This document shows, in pieces, positions 18,036-26,630 of a stretch of 41,587 nucleotides of DNA. The stretch is from Candidatus Brocadiia bacterium (GTDB lineage: Bacteria; Planctomycetota; MHYJ01; JACQXL01; JACQZI01). The stretch is taken from NCBI GenBank assembly GCA_020051675.1, contig JAGVQN010000023.1, positions 1-41,587 of the forward strand, read 5' to 3'. A program made the position numbers and the translations under genes. Numbering within the stretch: the first letter of the stretch is position 1; every line of letters begins with the position of its first letter. Under the pieces are notes generated by a model. It had not been told where the DNA came from. It worked only from the letters and a program-made list of their open reading frames with translations, and searched no databases.

Positions 18036-19040
18036 TCAGAACTCGTGCATGACGGCGATGGTCGTGCTTTCCCAGCCCAATAAAGTCATTTTTGAAGCCA
18101 TGAAATAAGCTATTACCAAACGGACCATCACCTGACGCGCGCCGGTCGGCCCGATAATCTGCACCTCAAACCCATGCGGAAACCCGGTCCCCGTCTGGTC
18201 AGCTATGGCGAATTTGGGAACGGTAACGGGAACCGTAAAAGTGGCAGTCTTATTCCAGGAAATACTGCTTGAACCGAATCCTAAAAGTCCGATTACGCTA
18301 TCGCTCCTCTCTTTTTGCATTACGTATAACGCGTTAGGGTCATCGTCAATATTATCATCATCGTCGTCGTCAATATCGTCGGTATCATATTCATAAAAAG
18401 CCGTATCTGGCGTATTGCGCGGAAGCCAGTAATAAGTGATGCCGCGTTCGTTATACAAAGCATTGGCTATTGTCTGGCGCGAAATCACCGCGGACATCGC
18501 CGTTATCTGCTCGTAATCTGCGAATTCCTTGCTCTGCCACCTTACCAGGCGCAGGCTGGAGGACCTGCCGCCAAAAGAGTTATTGTTGGGCGAAAGGTAA
18601 TAATACACCATCCGGTAAATATTCACCCTGCGTAGCGTACTGCCTATGGTCGTGCTGAAAGGGGTCATTTCCTGTATGAATAATAACGCGTTGCCGGTCC
18701 GGGTGACCGTGGTATCCAACCGGAAAGTGCCGGTTGAATCCACCTTAGGTAAAAGAGTCCCGGTAAGCACCGGATAGGCCGCTTCAATCTGCAACCTGCC
18801 CTGGTAAGCCACCCCAATCGAATTATTTTCATAAATCATGCGCGACTGGGTCACGTCCAGGTTAATCCGGTCTATCGCCTTCTGTCCCCATTCGGTCATG
18901 AATGAAGTGCCCTGCATAAGCTCGCTTGATGAGTTGATAGAAGAAATCAATTCAAAAGAAGCGATCATAACCATGGAAAACAAAGTAAGCACTATCATTA
19001 CTTCCAGCAACGTGAAGCCGCTTATTTTATTATGCTTCAT
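18036..19040 (-). CDS. Prepilin-type protein (PilW-like), cluster 2
   Basis: MKHNKISG|FTLLEVMIVLTLF class III signal; internal Asp-rich tract. Confidence 0.85.
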   Translation of the reverse strand: MKHNKISGFTLLEVMIVLTLFSMVMIASFELISSINSSSELMQGTSFMTEWGQKAIDRINLDVTQSRMIYENNSIGVAYQGRLQIEAAYPVLTGTLLPKVDSTGTFRLDTTVTRTGNALLFIQEMTPFSTTIGSTLRRVNIYRMVYYYLSPNNNSFGGRSSSLRLVRWQSKEFADYEQITAMSAVISRQTIANALYNERGITYYWLPRNTPDTAFYEYDTDDIDDDDDDNIDDDPNALYVMQKERSDSVIGLLGFGSSSISWNKTATFTVPVTVPKFAIADQTGTGFPHGFEVQIIGPTGARQVMVRLVIAYFMASKMTLLGWESTTIAVMHEF

Positions 19041-19056
19041 ACTTAGTTGATACGTT

Positions 19057-22000
19057 TCAACGGTTAATAAATATCCTCTGCCGGTGGTAAGAATAATGCC
19101 TCATCTGATTAAGGCGATACGCCTCCAGCCTGAGAATATAACTGCCCTCAGGGAAAATATCTAAATCGGAAACATCCCAGTCATAGCCTTCATTTGCGCC
19201 GGCATTTACATCCGTAATCCATAAACCCTGATTAGGGATGCCCAAGGTTGCCGCGGAATTATCCGCGACATGTTTCCAGGTATCACCGTTATCATCTGAA
19301 TAAAGCAGGACATACCGCAAATCAGCCTCTGTCTCGGCAAAACCATCCGCGTAAGCCGAGGTATATTTCTGCCCGTCCCATCTTTTCCATTCTATTGACC
19401 AGGTGATGGAAATCGCGGACGGGTCATTAAGCTCGGTGGCAACATTCGGCGTTTCCAGTTCTACCCGTGGAAGCTGGACAATCCGGCTGGGTGTGCCGGT
19501 CAATCCGCAGGTCAGGAAACTGTGCACTAAACTGACAACCGCGTAACGCCCGATAAATGCCGAACCGCTTTCCACGGTTTTATCCAGTCCGTTCACCACG
19601 ATAAACGCGTTTGAAGCCGCCGGATTGGCAAGCATGATAAGCGAGCTTCCCTGCCAGGTCCCGCCATCCTGATGCCCGTAAAGCTGTGTATTTACCGTTG
19701 CGGTGCAACGAAGATTTGAATATTCGGTAATGCTGAATTCCGTGGGGGCCGCTCCCCAGTCATTATCCAACCTGAACGGGCGGCTGATAGGAGCGCTTGA
19801 AGGCATGGGGAAATTATAACCATTAGCCATAATCGTCCCGTCTGCGGTTATCGTGCCGGTCGTGCCGTCACGGCCAGTATGGCGGAAAGTGGAAGTGGTC
19901 GTCCCGATATTAAAGAATGAGGTGCAGCCATAAGCCTGTGTCCGGCGGACGCAAGCCAGCCCGGAAAAGGTCGTTCCCCGGTTAAGCCATTTGGCGCTTG
20001 CCGCCGTAATATCCTGCCGGCGGATGCGGACAAAGGTGTTTGCCCCGCTGCCGCTGGTTAAGTTCCCGTTTGCCGTCCACTGGGCGGAGTAAACTCCGTC
20101 CGGATAATTCTCGCCCAGCCAGGGCATTCCCCACCAATACGGAGTAGTGCTTTCCCTGATATATTTAACGCCGCCGGTCTGGTCCGTGGTAATTGATTGC
20201 TCGTTACGCGTGCCGGTCCCCCCGTCAAACGGCTTGCGCGAGGTCGGGATACTGTTGGTAAATCCGTTGGCAGAGTCATACCCGATTTCATTGCCTATAC
20301 CCATATAATAATAAGACCATCCAGTAATGCTGGTATAAACACAATTCGCTCCGGTCAGCGCCGTCCTGATAAACTGGAAATACCTGGGCACATCTATTTC
20401 CATCCGGTCTCCGCCGACGACGCCGCCACCGTGCCAGCCGTCGTCGCTATCGGCGCTTCCATTCACCAGGGTAGAGCTGATACCGGGCCATTCGCTGATA
20501 GTATTAACGGTCGCATCCCGCAGGTTATCAAAATACCAGTTATAACCGTTATACGCGCGGACATCGGAATAAGGGCAATGGCGCGGGTCGCCCTGGAATT
20601 GGTAGCGCTCGCTAAAGGGAACATTGGCAATACTATTCGTCCGCCAGATATAGGTGGAAGAAAGGTTCGGCGGTTTGTTCTTGGCGGGCCAGACCGTGCC
20701 GGCAGTCAGGTCGTCATTTATCCGCGTCTGGATTTCGATTGTCCCGGTCGCGGGATTCCCTAATTCACGGACTAAAGCGGCGTTAGTTACCGTAACAATC
20801 CAGCGTGCGGTATTTTTAGGAACGGTTGAACAACGCAGGAACGGAAGGCTGCTGTTACCCTGTAATCCATATATATAACCGCTTGAAGCGGAATAAACCA
20901 AAGCGCCTCCCGCGCCAACATTATAAGGGTTAGTAGCGGTCATCACAGTCCATGAATTTCCGGAGATGGAATAACGCCAGAATGCGGTGTTTCCGGCGCC
21001 CTGGAAGGCATAGATAAAATCGCCTGACCCCGGATAAACCAACGCGCCGCCGCTGATAGCGCCTGTGCCGACATTACCCGGAGCATTAGTCATTGCCACC
21101 CAGGCATTTCCGAAAATGGAATAGCGCCAAAAGGCATTGGTCGCAGCTCCGCGGAAAGCATAAATAAAATCACCGCCGGTGGAAACTAGGGCCCCGCCTG
21201 AACCGACAGTAGCCGGGGCAACCGCCATAGCGGTCCATGTATTTCCTGAAATAGAATAGCGCCAGAAAGTATTTGTCGTGGCTCCGCGGAAGGCATAGAT
21301 AAAACCGGCGGTAGAAGTGCATGCCAGCGCACCGCCATCACCAACCGTAGCAGGAGCATCCGCACATGCTGTCCAGGAATCTTCAGTATAATACTTAAAG
21401 GTTGCCTGAGTGTTTCCCCTAAGGGCATAAATACGGCCGTTTGAAGAGACATAAACCAAGGCGCCGCCTGCTCCAACATTCGCGCCGTAATTCGCCTTTC
21501 CGACCCAGGAGTTGCCGGATATAGAATACCGCGATAAAACCTGGCTATTTCCTCCCCTCAAAGCATAAATAAAATCTCCTCCTGTGGAAGCCAAAGCGCC
21601 GCCTGCGGCAATAGTGCTCGGCGAATTCGCCATTACATCCCATAAATTGGTCGTATTAGTAAGATTCTGACTAAAATTATTTGCCGCTTCAACCGGGCAG
21701 GGAATATAATCCATCCCGTATAACCGGCGGTTAGTATCCAACCCGCCATTCTCTCCAGAGTACGGCGTCCTTAAAGGCGTAAAATAAAGCTTGACGACAG
21801 TCTGATCATTACCCGCATCATAACTGGTCGTCGCATACATCTTATTCATGGAAGAGCCTGTCCCGGTGGTCGTCGGCGCCGGAGAAATCACCGTATAAGC
21901 ATCGGCAATATTATTAACCGGGTTCTGGTCGGTTCCGCCTTCAATGCAGGAAATCGACATATCAGTTGCCGTGGTCAGGTTCATATTGGGAATCACCAGG

Positions 22001-23292
22001 CTGATACAGGTTGCCGTGGTCATAAAATTATTACCGCCTATGGAAGGGTCCTTGAGATACGCATAAACACGGAGTTTCAAATCGTCCGTAAGATTATAGC
22101 GTATTTGCTGCGGGTGAGTCACCGCGCGCCACTGCGGGTAAGCCGCCGGGTCTTTTGCCGCATCGGAATAATTGCGGATAGAAGGCATCGGAATCAACTC
22201 GCCGTGCAGATTGATAAAAAGAGAATTACGGTAATTGGTCGGATTAAGAATCATATCATCCAAAAGAAGGCGGTAAGTCAGGTCGCCTTCTGCTTCCTGC
22301 CCTGCCGCCAGGCGGTTGTTATATAAAGCCAGTTCATCCGGGTAACGCATGGCATGATTATACTGGTCTGCCAGGGCATAAGGATAAGGATTGCTTGTTG
22401 CATTGTAATCGTTGGTCGTGGTGCCGTCGATATTCACCCGCGCCTTGACATTGCCCGGAACATAATACTGGTTGACCGCCGAGCCTGAAGGCATGCTTCC
22501 CGGGTAAAAATAGGCGTAGTTAATATCAGCGTTTGAATCAACCGCATCGTTGAAAAACGGCTTGTATTCCTGGTCGCGCCCGTAAGCGGCTTTGGTCACC
22601 CAATGGCGGCGGAATTCCATTCCCGGATTGCGCGACTCCATATCGCTCAGGGCATTCTCAATAAACGGGGTCAGGTACGCCAGATACACCCACCAGCCGG
22701 GAATATTTTCCACGCCAAGCATATAAACATCGTATACCTGGGTAGTCGGGTCGGTATCGCCGCTGGTTGAAACGACCGAGGTTATATCCGCCATAATCGT
22801 GGCATCGTTCTGACCCGTTTCCGTCTTAAATATTTTCACCGTGACAATCCGGACATTGGAGGCTTCAAACGAGGCAAACTTCCTGACCGTAATGCGCCTG
22901 GCGTAATACCACCGGCCGGAAGTCCAGGTATTACCGCTTAAGATATGGTCCGGATTAGAAACAGTTGAATCAATTGTAAGAATAGGATTTGTCCCGACGC
23001 CGTCATCAAATATATCCAGGGTTGAAGCGCCGCCGGCAGATTCATTCGCTTCGGCATAGCCGCGCAACTCGCTTATGATTGAGATGGCTTTCTGGATGGC
23101 AAAAGAACGGTCCTGGGTCGCGCTTATGGATACATTCATCGTTCCGAAAAAACTGACTGAAGCGGTAATGGCAATCGCCAAAACCATTATGGCAATCATC
23201 AGCTCAATAATGGTAAAACCGTTTAACCTGTTGAAGATTATCTTTTTATCTGCGGATAATGCTGTCGTATCGCTTACCTCATTTAACCTCAT
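19057..23292 (-). CDS. Giant 1411-aa prepilin-type protein: PilV-like N-terminus, large accessory region, 6-blade Kelch-like propeller
   Basis: NG|FTIIELMIAIMVLAIAI; six 'GGAL...IYAFRG...FWRYSISGNxW' repeats at about 21645-20820; C-terminal Ig-like domain (ITW...YSDDNGDTW). Confidence 0.88.
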   Translation of the reverse strand: MRLNEVSDTTALSADKKIIFNRLNGFTIIELMIAIMVLAIAITASVSFFGTMNVSISATQDRSFAIQKAISIISELRGYAEANESAGGASTLDIFDDGVGTNPILTIDSTVSNPDHILSGNTWTSGRWYYARRITVRKFASFEASNVRIVTVKIFKTETGQNDATIMADITSVVSTSGDTDPTTQVYDVYMLGVENIPGWWVYLAYLTPFIENALSDMESRNPGMEFRRHWVTKAAYGRDQEYKPFFNDAVDSNADINYAYFYPGSMPSGSAVNQYYVPGNVKARVNIDGTTTNDYNATSNPYPYALADQYNHAMRYPDELALYNNRLAAGQEAEGDLTYRLLLDDMILNPTNYRNSLFINLHGELIPMPSIRNYSDAAKDPAAYPQWRAVTHPQQIRYNLTDDLKLRVYAYLKDPSIGGNNFMTTATCISLVIPNMNLTTATDMSISCIEGGTDQNPVNNIADAYTVISPAPTTTGTGSSMNKMYATTSYDAGNDQTVVKLYFTPLRTPYSGENGGLDTNRRLYGMDYIPCPVEAANNFSQNLTNTTNLWDVMANSPSTIAAGGALASTGGDFIYALRGGNSQVLSRYSISGNSWVGKANYGANVGAGGALVYVSSNGRIYALRGNTQATFKYYTEDSWTACADAPATVGDGGALACTSTAGFIYAFRGATTNTFWRYSISGNTWTAMAVAPATVGSGGALVSTGGDFIYAFRGAATNAFWRYSIFGNAWVAMTNAPGNVGTGAISGGALVYPGSGDFIYAFQGAGNTAFWRYSISGNSWTVMTATNPYNVGAGGALVYSASSGYIYGLQGNSSLPFLRCSTVPKNTARWIVTVTNAALVRELGNPATGTIEIQTRINDDLTAGTVWPAKNKPPNLSSTYIWRTNSIANVPFSERYQFQGDPRHCPYSDVRAYNGYNWYFDNLRDATVNTISEWPGISSTLVNGSADSDDGWHGGGVVGGDRMEIDVPRYFQFIRTALTGANCVYTSITGWSYYYMGIGNEIGYDSANGFTNSIPTSRKPFDGGTGTRNEQSITTDQTGGVKYIRESTTPYWWGMPWLGENYPDGVYSAQWTANGNLTSGSGANTFVRIRRQDITAASAKWLNRGTTFSGLACVRRTQAYGCTSFFNIGTTTSTFRHTGRDGTTGTITADGTIMANGYNFPMPSSAPISRPFRLDNDWGAAPTEFSITEYSNLRCTATVNTQLYGHQDGGTWQGSSLIMLANPAASNAFIVVNGLDKTVESGSAFIGRYAVVSLVHSFLTCGLTGTPSRIVQLPRVELETPNVATELNDPSAISITWSIEWKRWDGQKYTSAYADGFAETEADLRYVLLYSDDNGDTWKHVADNSAATLGIPNQGLWITDVNAGANEGYDWDVSDLDIFPEGSYILRLEAYRLNQMRHYSYHRQRIFINR

Positions 23293-24421
23293 AAATTCCT
23301 TTAGCCAGACGATACTGTCCGGTATATATGGCTATCTGCGAAATGACATTTGCGTCATAATCTATTTCGGAAATATCGCCGGTTGATTCGATATTCACCT
23401 GGTCAAGAGCGACCACCGAACCGTTGATAATGGAAGGCGCATGCTGGTGGTAATGACCCTTGCAATAAATGATGCCGTTATATGCTGACCCGCTGTTGGC
23501 GGCAATGGTCATATTACCGGTAATATAAAAAATGCCAGTGCCTTTCAAAGGATGGTCGGAATTAAAAGTGGCATTTCCTTCAAAAAAGACTATTTTGTAA
23601 TCGGGAATCGGGTCGGGCAAATCATCCACCGAATCAACAGAATAATCGGCAATGGACTTAAGTTCGGCCTCGGTCATTCCAAAAACATTAATGGTTGAAG
23701 TATTATAAGGAGTAAGCGCTGAGGTTGCACCAAGCGTTCCGGTTACCGTAGCATTAGGATTAATATTGGGCGTTCCGGAACCGGAAGGATAAATTATGCC
23801 GAACTTATTTCCCCCCTCAATCTTAACATTATTTCCGATAACTGTCTGTCCCGGATCACCCGCGCAAAGCGCCGCCTGGCCGGGTAAAACCATGCTCACC
23901 CGCCGGATTTCAGTCGCCAGCTTTATAGAACCCACCATATAGTTGGGCCAGGTATTATACGCCAATGAAGGATTCTTTTTTGCATATATTATACCCTGCG
24001 ATTCAATATACCATAATGTCCCGTTACTTAAACCGCGCTGTGTTGAAATATCGGAAACGATTGTCTTGGAAACGACATACATTCCGTAAAGATCACGGTT
24101 TTGGGCAACTTCAATCTCTCTTACTAAACCGGCATCAGAATCATCCGTTTCATTAATAACCGGCGTATGGTCCATATCCCGTTGCGGGGCAAATGTCGTC
24201 ACTGGCTGGCCGGTCTGCCGGCGAAACCAGGAAAGCGTATCTAATATGCCTGCCTTGGCAATCGACGTGGTCTGACCGTAATATTCCAAATGCGAATCAA
24301 GGATAAGCATGCTATTCATAAGCATGTTCATGCCGGCAGTAATAGCGGCGACTAAGACCATCATGGTAAGCATCGTCCAGATTAATATAGAGCCTTTTTG
24401 CGCTTGCTTATTTTTATTCAT
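23279..24421 (-). CDS. PilX-like minor pilin, cluster 2
   Basis: AQKG|SILIWTMLTMMVLV, AKAG motif, C-terminal 'GIFYITGN...GIIYCKG...INGSVVA' beta-solenoid-like repeats. Confidence 0.75.
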   Translation of the reverse strand: MNKNKQAQKGSILIWTMLTMMVLVAAITAGMNMLMNSMLILDSHLEYYGQTTSIAKAGILDTLSWFRRQTGQPVTTFAPQRDMDHTPVINETDDSDAGLVREIEVAQNRDLYGMYVVSKTIVSDISTQRGLSNGTLWYIESQGIIYAKKNPSLAYNTWPNYMVGSIKLATEIRRVSMVLPGQAALCAGDPGQTVIGNNVKIEGGNKFGIIYPSGSGTPNINPNATVTGTLGATSALTPYNTSTINVFGMTEAELKSIADYSVDSVDDLPDPIPDYKIVFFEGNATFNSDHPLKGTGIFYITGNMTIAANSGSAYNGIIYCKGHYHQHAPSIINGSVVALDQVNIESTGDISEIDYDANVISQIAIYTGQYRLAKGIYEVK

Positions 24422-24465
24422 ATATTTATTGCTGTTATTACTACTATCATTCTCTCTCCACCTAT

Positions 24466-24494
24466 AGTTTACCCCATAAATATCGTTTTGTCAA
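24466..24494 (-). promoter_or_regulatory. Sigma70-type promoter for pilin cluster 2
   Basis: Minus strand TTGACA-N17-TAAACT. Confidence 0.6.
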
Positions 24495-24524
24495 CATCTT
24501 TTTTAAATATACCTATATATTTTT

Positions 24525-25412
24525 TCATCGCCCGGAACATTCGAAACGAGCCAAATCAACCGCTGTTTTTATGGTAGGATTGTCTCCGCAGACCGGGCAA
24601 TTGTCAGATGGGCGGATATCCACTATCCTGAAGTTCATTGCAAGCAAATCAAAGACAAGCAGGCGGTTAATAAGAAGTTTTCCCCCTCCCCACTCCCCTC
24701 CCACATTGGGGAGTGGTTGGGGGAGGGTAATCAGCTTTATCGCCTCGGTCGCCTGGATAAGGCCTCCGATACCGGCAACCGTATTAAGTATCCCGGCTTC
24801 ACTGCAGGTCTGGATAGCGCCGGCCGGCGGCGGCTCCGGAAACACACATCTGTAACAAGCTGAGCGATTCCCGATTGGTTTTTTATTGCTCACTGTTCCT
24901 TGCTCATTGCTCATTTTCGGCACAACCGTCATTACCTGCCCTCCGTACCTCAATACTCCCCCATGGATAAAGGGCTTGCCGGAAATCACGCAGGCATCGT
25001 TAATTAAGTACTTGGCGGCGAAATTATCCGTCCCGTCTACTATCACATCATAAGCACTGATTATCTTACATATATTATCCGCCTTTAACCTAAACGGAAA
25101 TGTTTCTATATCAATCTTCGGATTAAGCTCTTTCAGCCTTTCAGTTGCGGATTCAACCTTGGGCCTGCCGATATTTTGCTCCTTATGGACAATCTGTCTG
25201 GGGAGATTAGAAAGCTCCACGGCATCCGGGTCGGCGATGCCGAGTTTACCGACGCCGGCCCCGGCGAGGTATGTCATGGCAGGCGAACCCAGCCCGCCCG
25301 CGCCGGCAATTAACACTTTTGCGCGGCTCAATTTTTCCTGCGCGTCCCTGCCGAAATTCGGCAGGCGCATGTGGCGGCTGAACTGTTCCAGATACTCTGC
25401 TGAAAAACTCAT
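24525..25412 (-). CDS. moeB: MoeB/ThiF-family adenylyltransferase (E1-like)
   Basis: GAGGLGS, D.VELSNLPRQ, DGTDNF, CYRC, catalytic Cys in TCSEAGIL, C-terminal CPVC. Start taken at ATG 25412. Confidence 0.85.
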   Translation of the reverse strand: MSFSAEYLEQFSRHMRLPNFGRDAQEKLSRAKVLIAGAGGLGSPAMTYLAGAGVGKLGIADPDAVELSNLPRQIVHKEQNIGRPKVESATERLKELNPKIDIETFPFRLKADNICKIISAYDVIVDGTDNFAAKYLINDACVISGKPFIHGGVLRYGGQVMTVVPKMSNEQGTVSNKKPIGNRSACYRCVFPEPPPAGAIQTCSEAGILNTVAGIGGLIQATEAIKLITLPQPLPNVGGEWGGGKLLINRLLVFDLLAMNFRIVDIRPSDNCPVCGDNPTIKTAVDLARFECSGR

Positions 25413-25544
25413 ATGCAAACAGATTACATAATATAATAAAAGCGGTCAAGAAATAGGTAAAAGCCAGATAACCGCAGAGTATACTGATTAAACTGAACAA
25501 ATATCAGCGTGAAATATTATATGTAAAGGCTTCAAACGAGATGA

Positions 25545-26252
25545 TTAGCTTTTAAGTTTCAGACGGCTCGCATCACGGAAGATGCCCTGGATGACCGAAC
25601 GTCCGTCCAGTTCCATCACCCGGGCGCTGATAAGAACCGGGATAATCTTCCCGTCTTTTCGGATTACCTCCGCCGGCCTTAATTCGGAAACCGCCCCCTG
25701 GCGGACATGATCCTTGAAAAATGAACGATAGAAGTCCTGTTTAGCTGGCGGATGAAGTTTGATAAAACTCATCCCGATAATCTCCTTACGCGGGCGCCTG
25801 ATTAATTCTTCCGCTTTCTCGTTGCAGTCAATCAGCACACCGGTTATGGTATCCGCCACAAAAATGGCGTCGCCGGCTTGATGAAATAGTTTTTTGTAGC
25901 GCTGTTCAGATTCTTTCAGGGTTTTATATGCCTGCCCGAAAATGCGGGGCGCCGGATCGATCCTGCCCTTTAAGTGGAGTTTCTTAATCATGTGGTAGAC
26001 CCGCTGGGAGGGAGTGCCTTTTGCCACCTCGTAAACGAAATGGTCGCTCACCCGTAATATCTTAGCCAGGGAAGACAAGCGTTCCACCCGCGGCACCGGG
26101 TGTTTGCCGACCTTAAAATCATGGAAGTTTTTGACATCCATATCCCAGCGCCGGGCAATCCACCGGTCGGGAACCGTCGCGCCTAATATCAGGCGGATGA
26201 ACTGGTAGAGATTGGAAAACCGGGGAGGAGCGGTTGGTTTTCTTTTAGGCAT
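25545..26252 (-). CDS. PAS-domain protein with N-terminal XRE-like HTH (putative one-component regulator)
   Basis: ESEQRYKKLF...DAIFVAD...DCNEKAEEL...LHPP...RKDG...GIFRD PAS/PAC. The N-terminal 'IARRW...F..GK..VPR..RL..LAKIL' region resembles an XRE HTH. Confidence 0.75.
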   Translation of the reverse strand: MPKRKPTAPPRFSNLYQFIRLILGATVPDRWIARRWDMDVKNFHDFKVGKHPVPRVERLSSLAKILRVSDHFVYEVAKGTPSQRVYHMIKKLHLKGRIDPAPRIFGQAYKTLKESEQRYKKLFHQAGDAIFVADTITGVLIDCNEKAEELIRRPRKEIIGMSFIKLHPPAKQDFYRSFFKDHVRQGAVSELRPAEVIRKDGKIIPVLISARVMELDGRSVIQGIFRDASRLKLKS

Positions 26253-26529
26253 AATTGCTTCTCCTTTACTGATTTTACCAGGCTTTTAATGTATTATCGG
26301 CAAATCCGGCGCCAAGCTGAAACAGGAACGGCAAAAGGAGCACGGAATAACACACGGAGCAGTGGATACCCACGATAATCTGTCGTGGGAATGCGCCAGT
26401 CTCACCCCTACCCAACACCTAAACACAGGCGGTTTTATATTGACTTTGAGTTATTTTCAAGATAATACTACTTAACTAAAACCGGTTTTAAGGCGTGCGC
26501 CTATAGCGGATACCCCGCACTTTTGAAAT

Positions 26530-26602
26530 GCTCCCGTAGTTCAACTGGATAGAGCACTGGCTTCCGAAGCCAGCAATACAGGTTCGAGTCCTGTCGGGAG
26601 TA
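26530..26602 (+). tRNA. tRNA-Arg (anticodon CCG), CCA not encoded
   Basis: Acceptor GCTCCCG/CGGGAGT, anticodon arm CTGGC-TTCCGAA-GCCAG, T arm ACAGG-TTCGAGT-CCTGT. Confidence 0.95.
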
Positions 26603-26630
26603 ATAAAAAAATACCGGATAAAACGTAAAA

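Noticed and set aside
26530-26602. tRNA-Arg as an island integration site
   Set aside because: No integrase nearby, no duplicated tRNA 3' end seen, and housekeeping genes follow directly.
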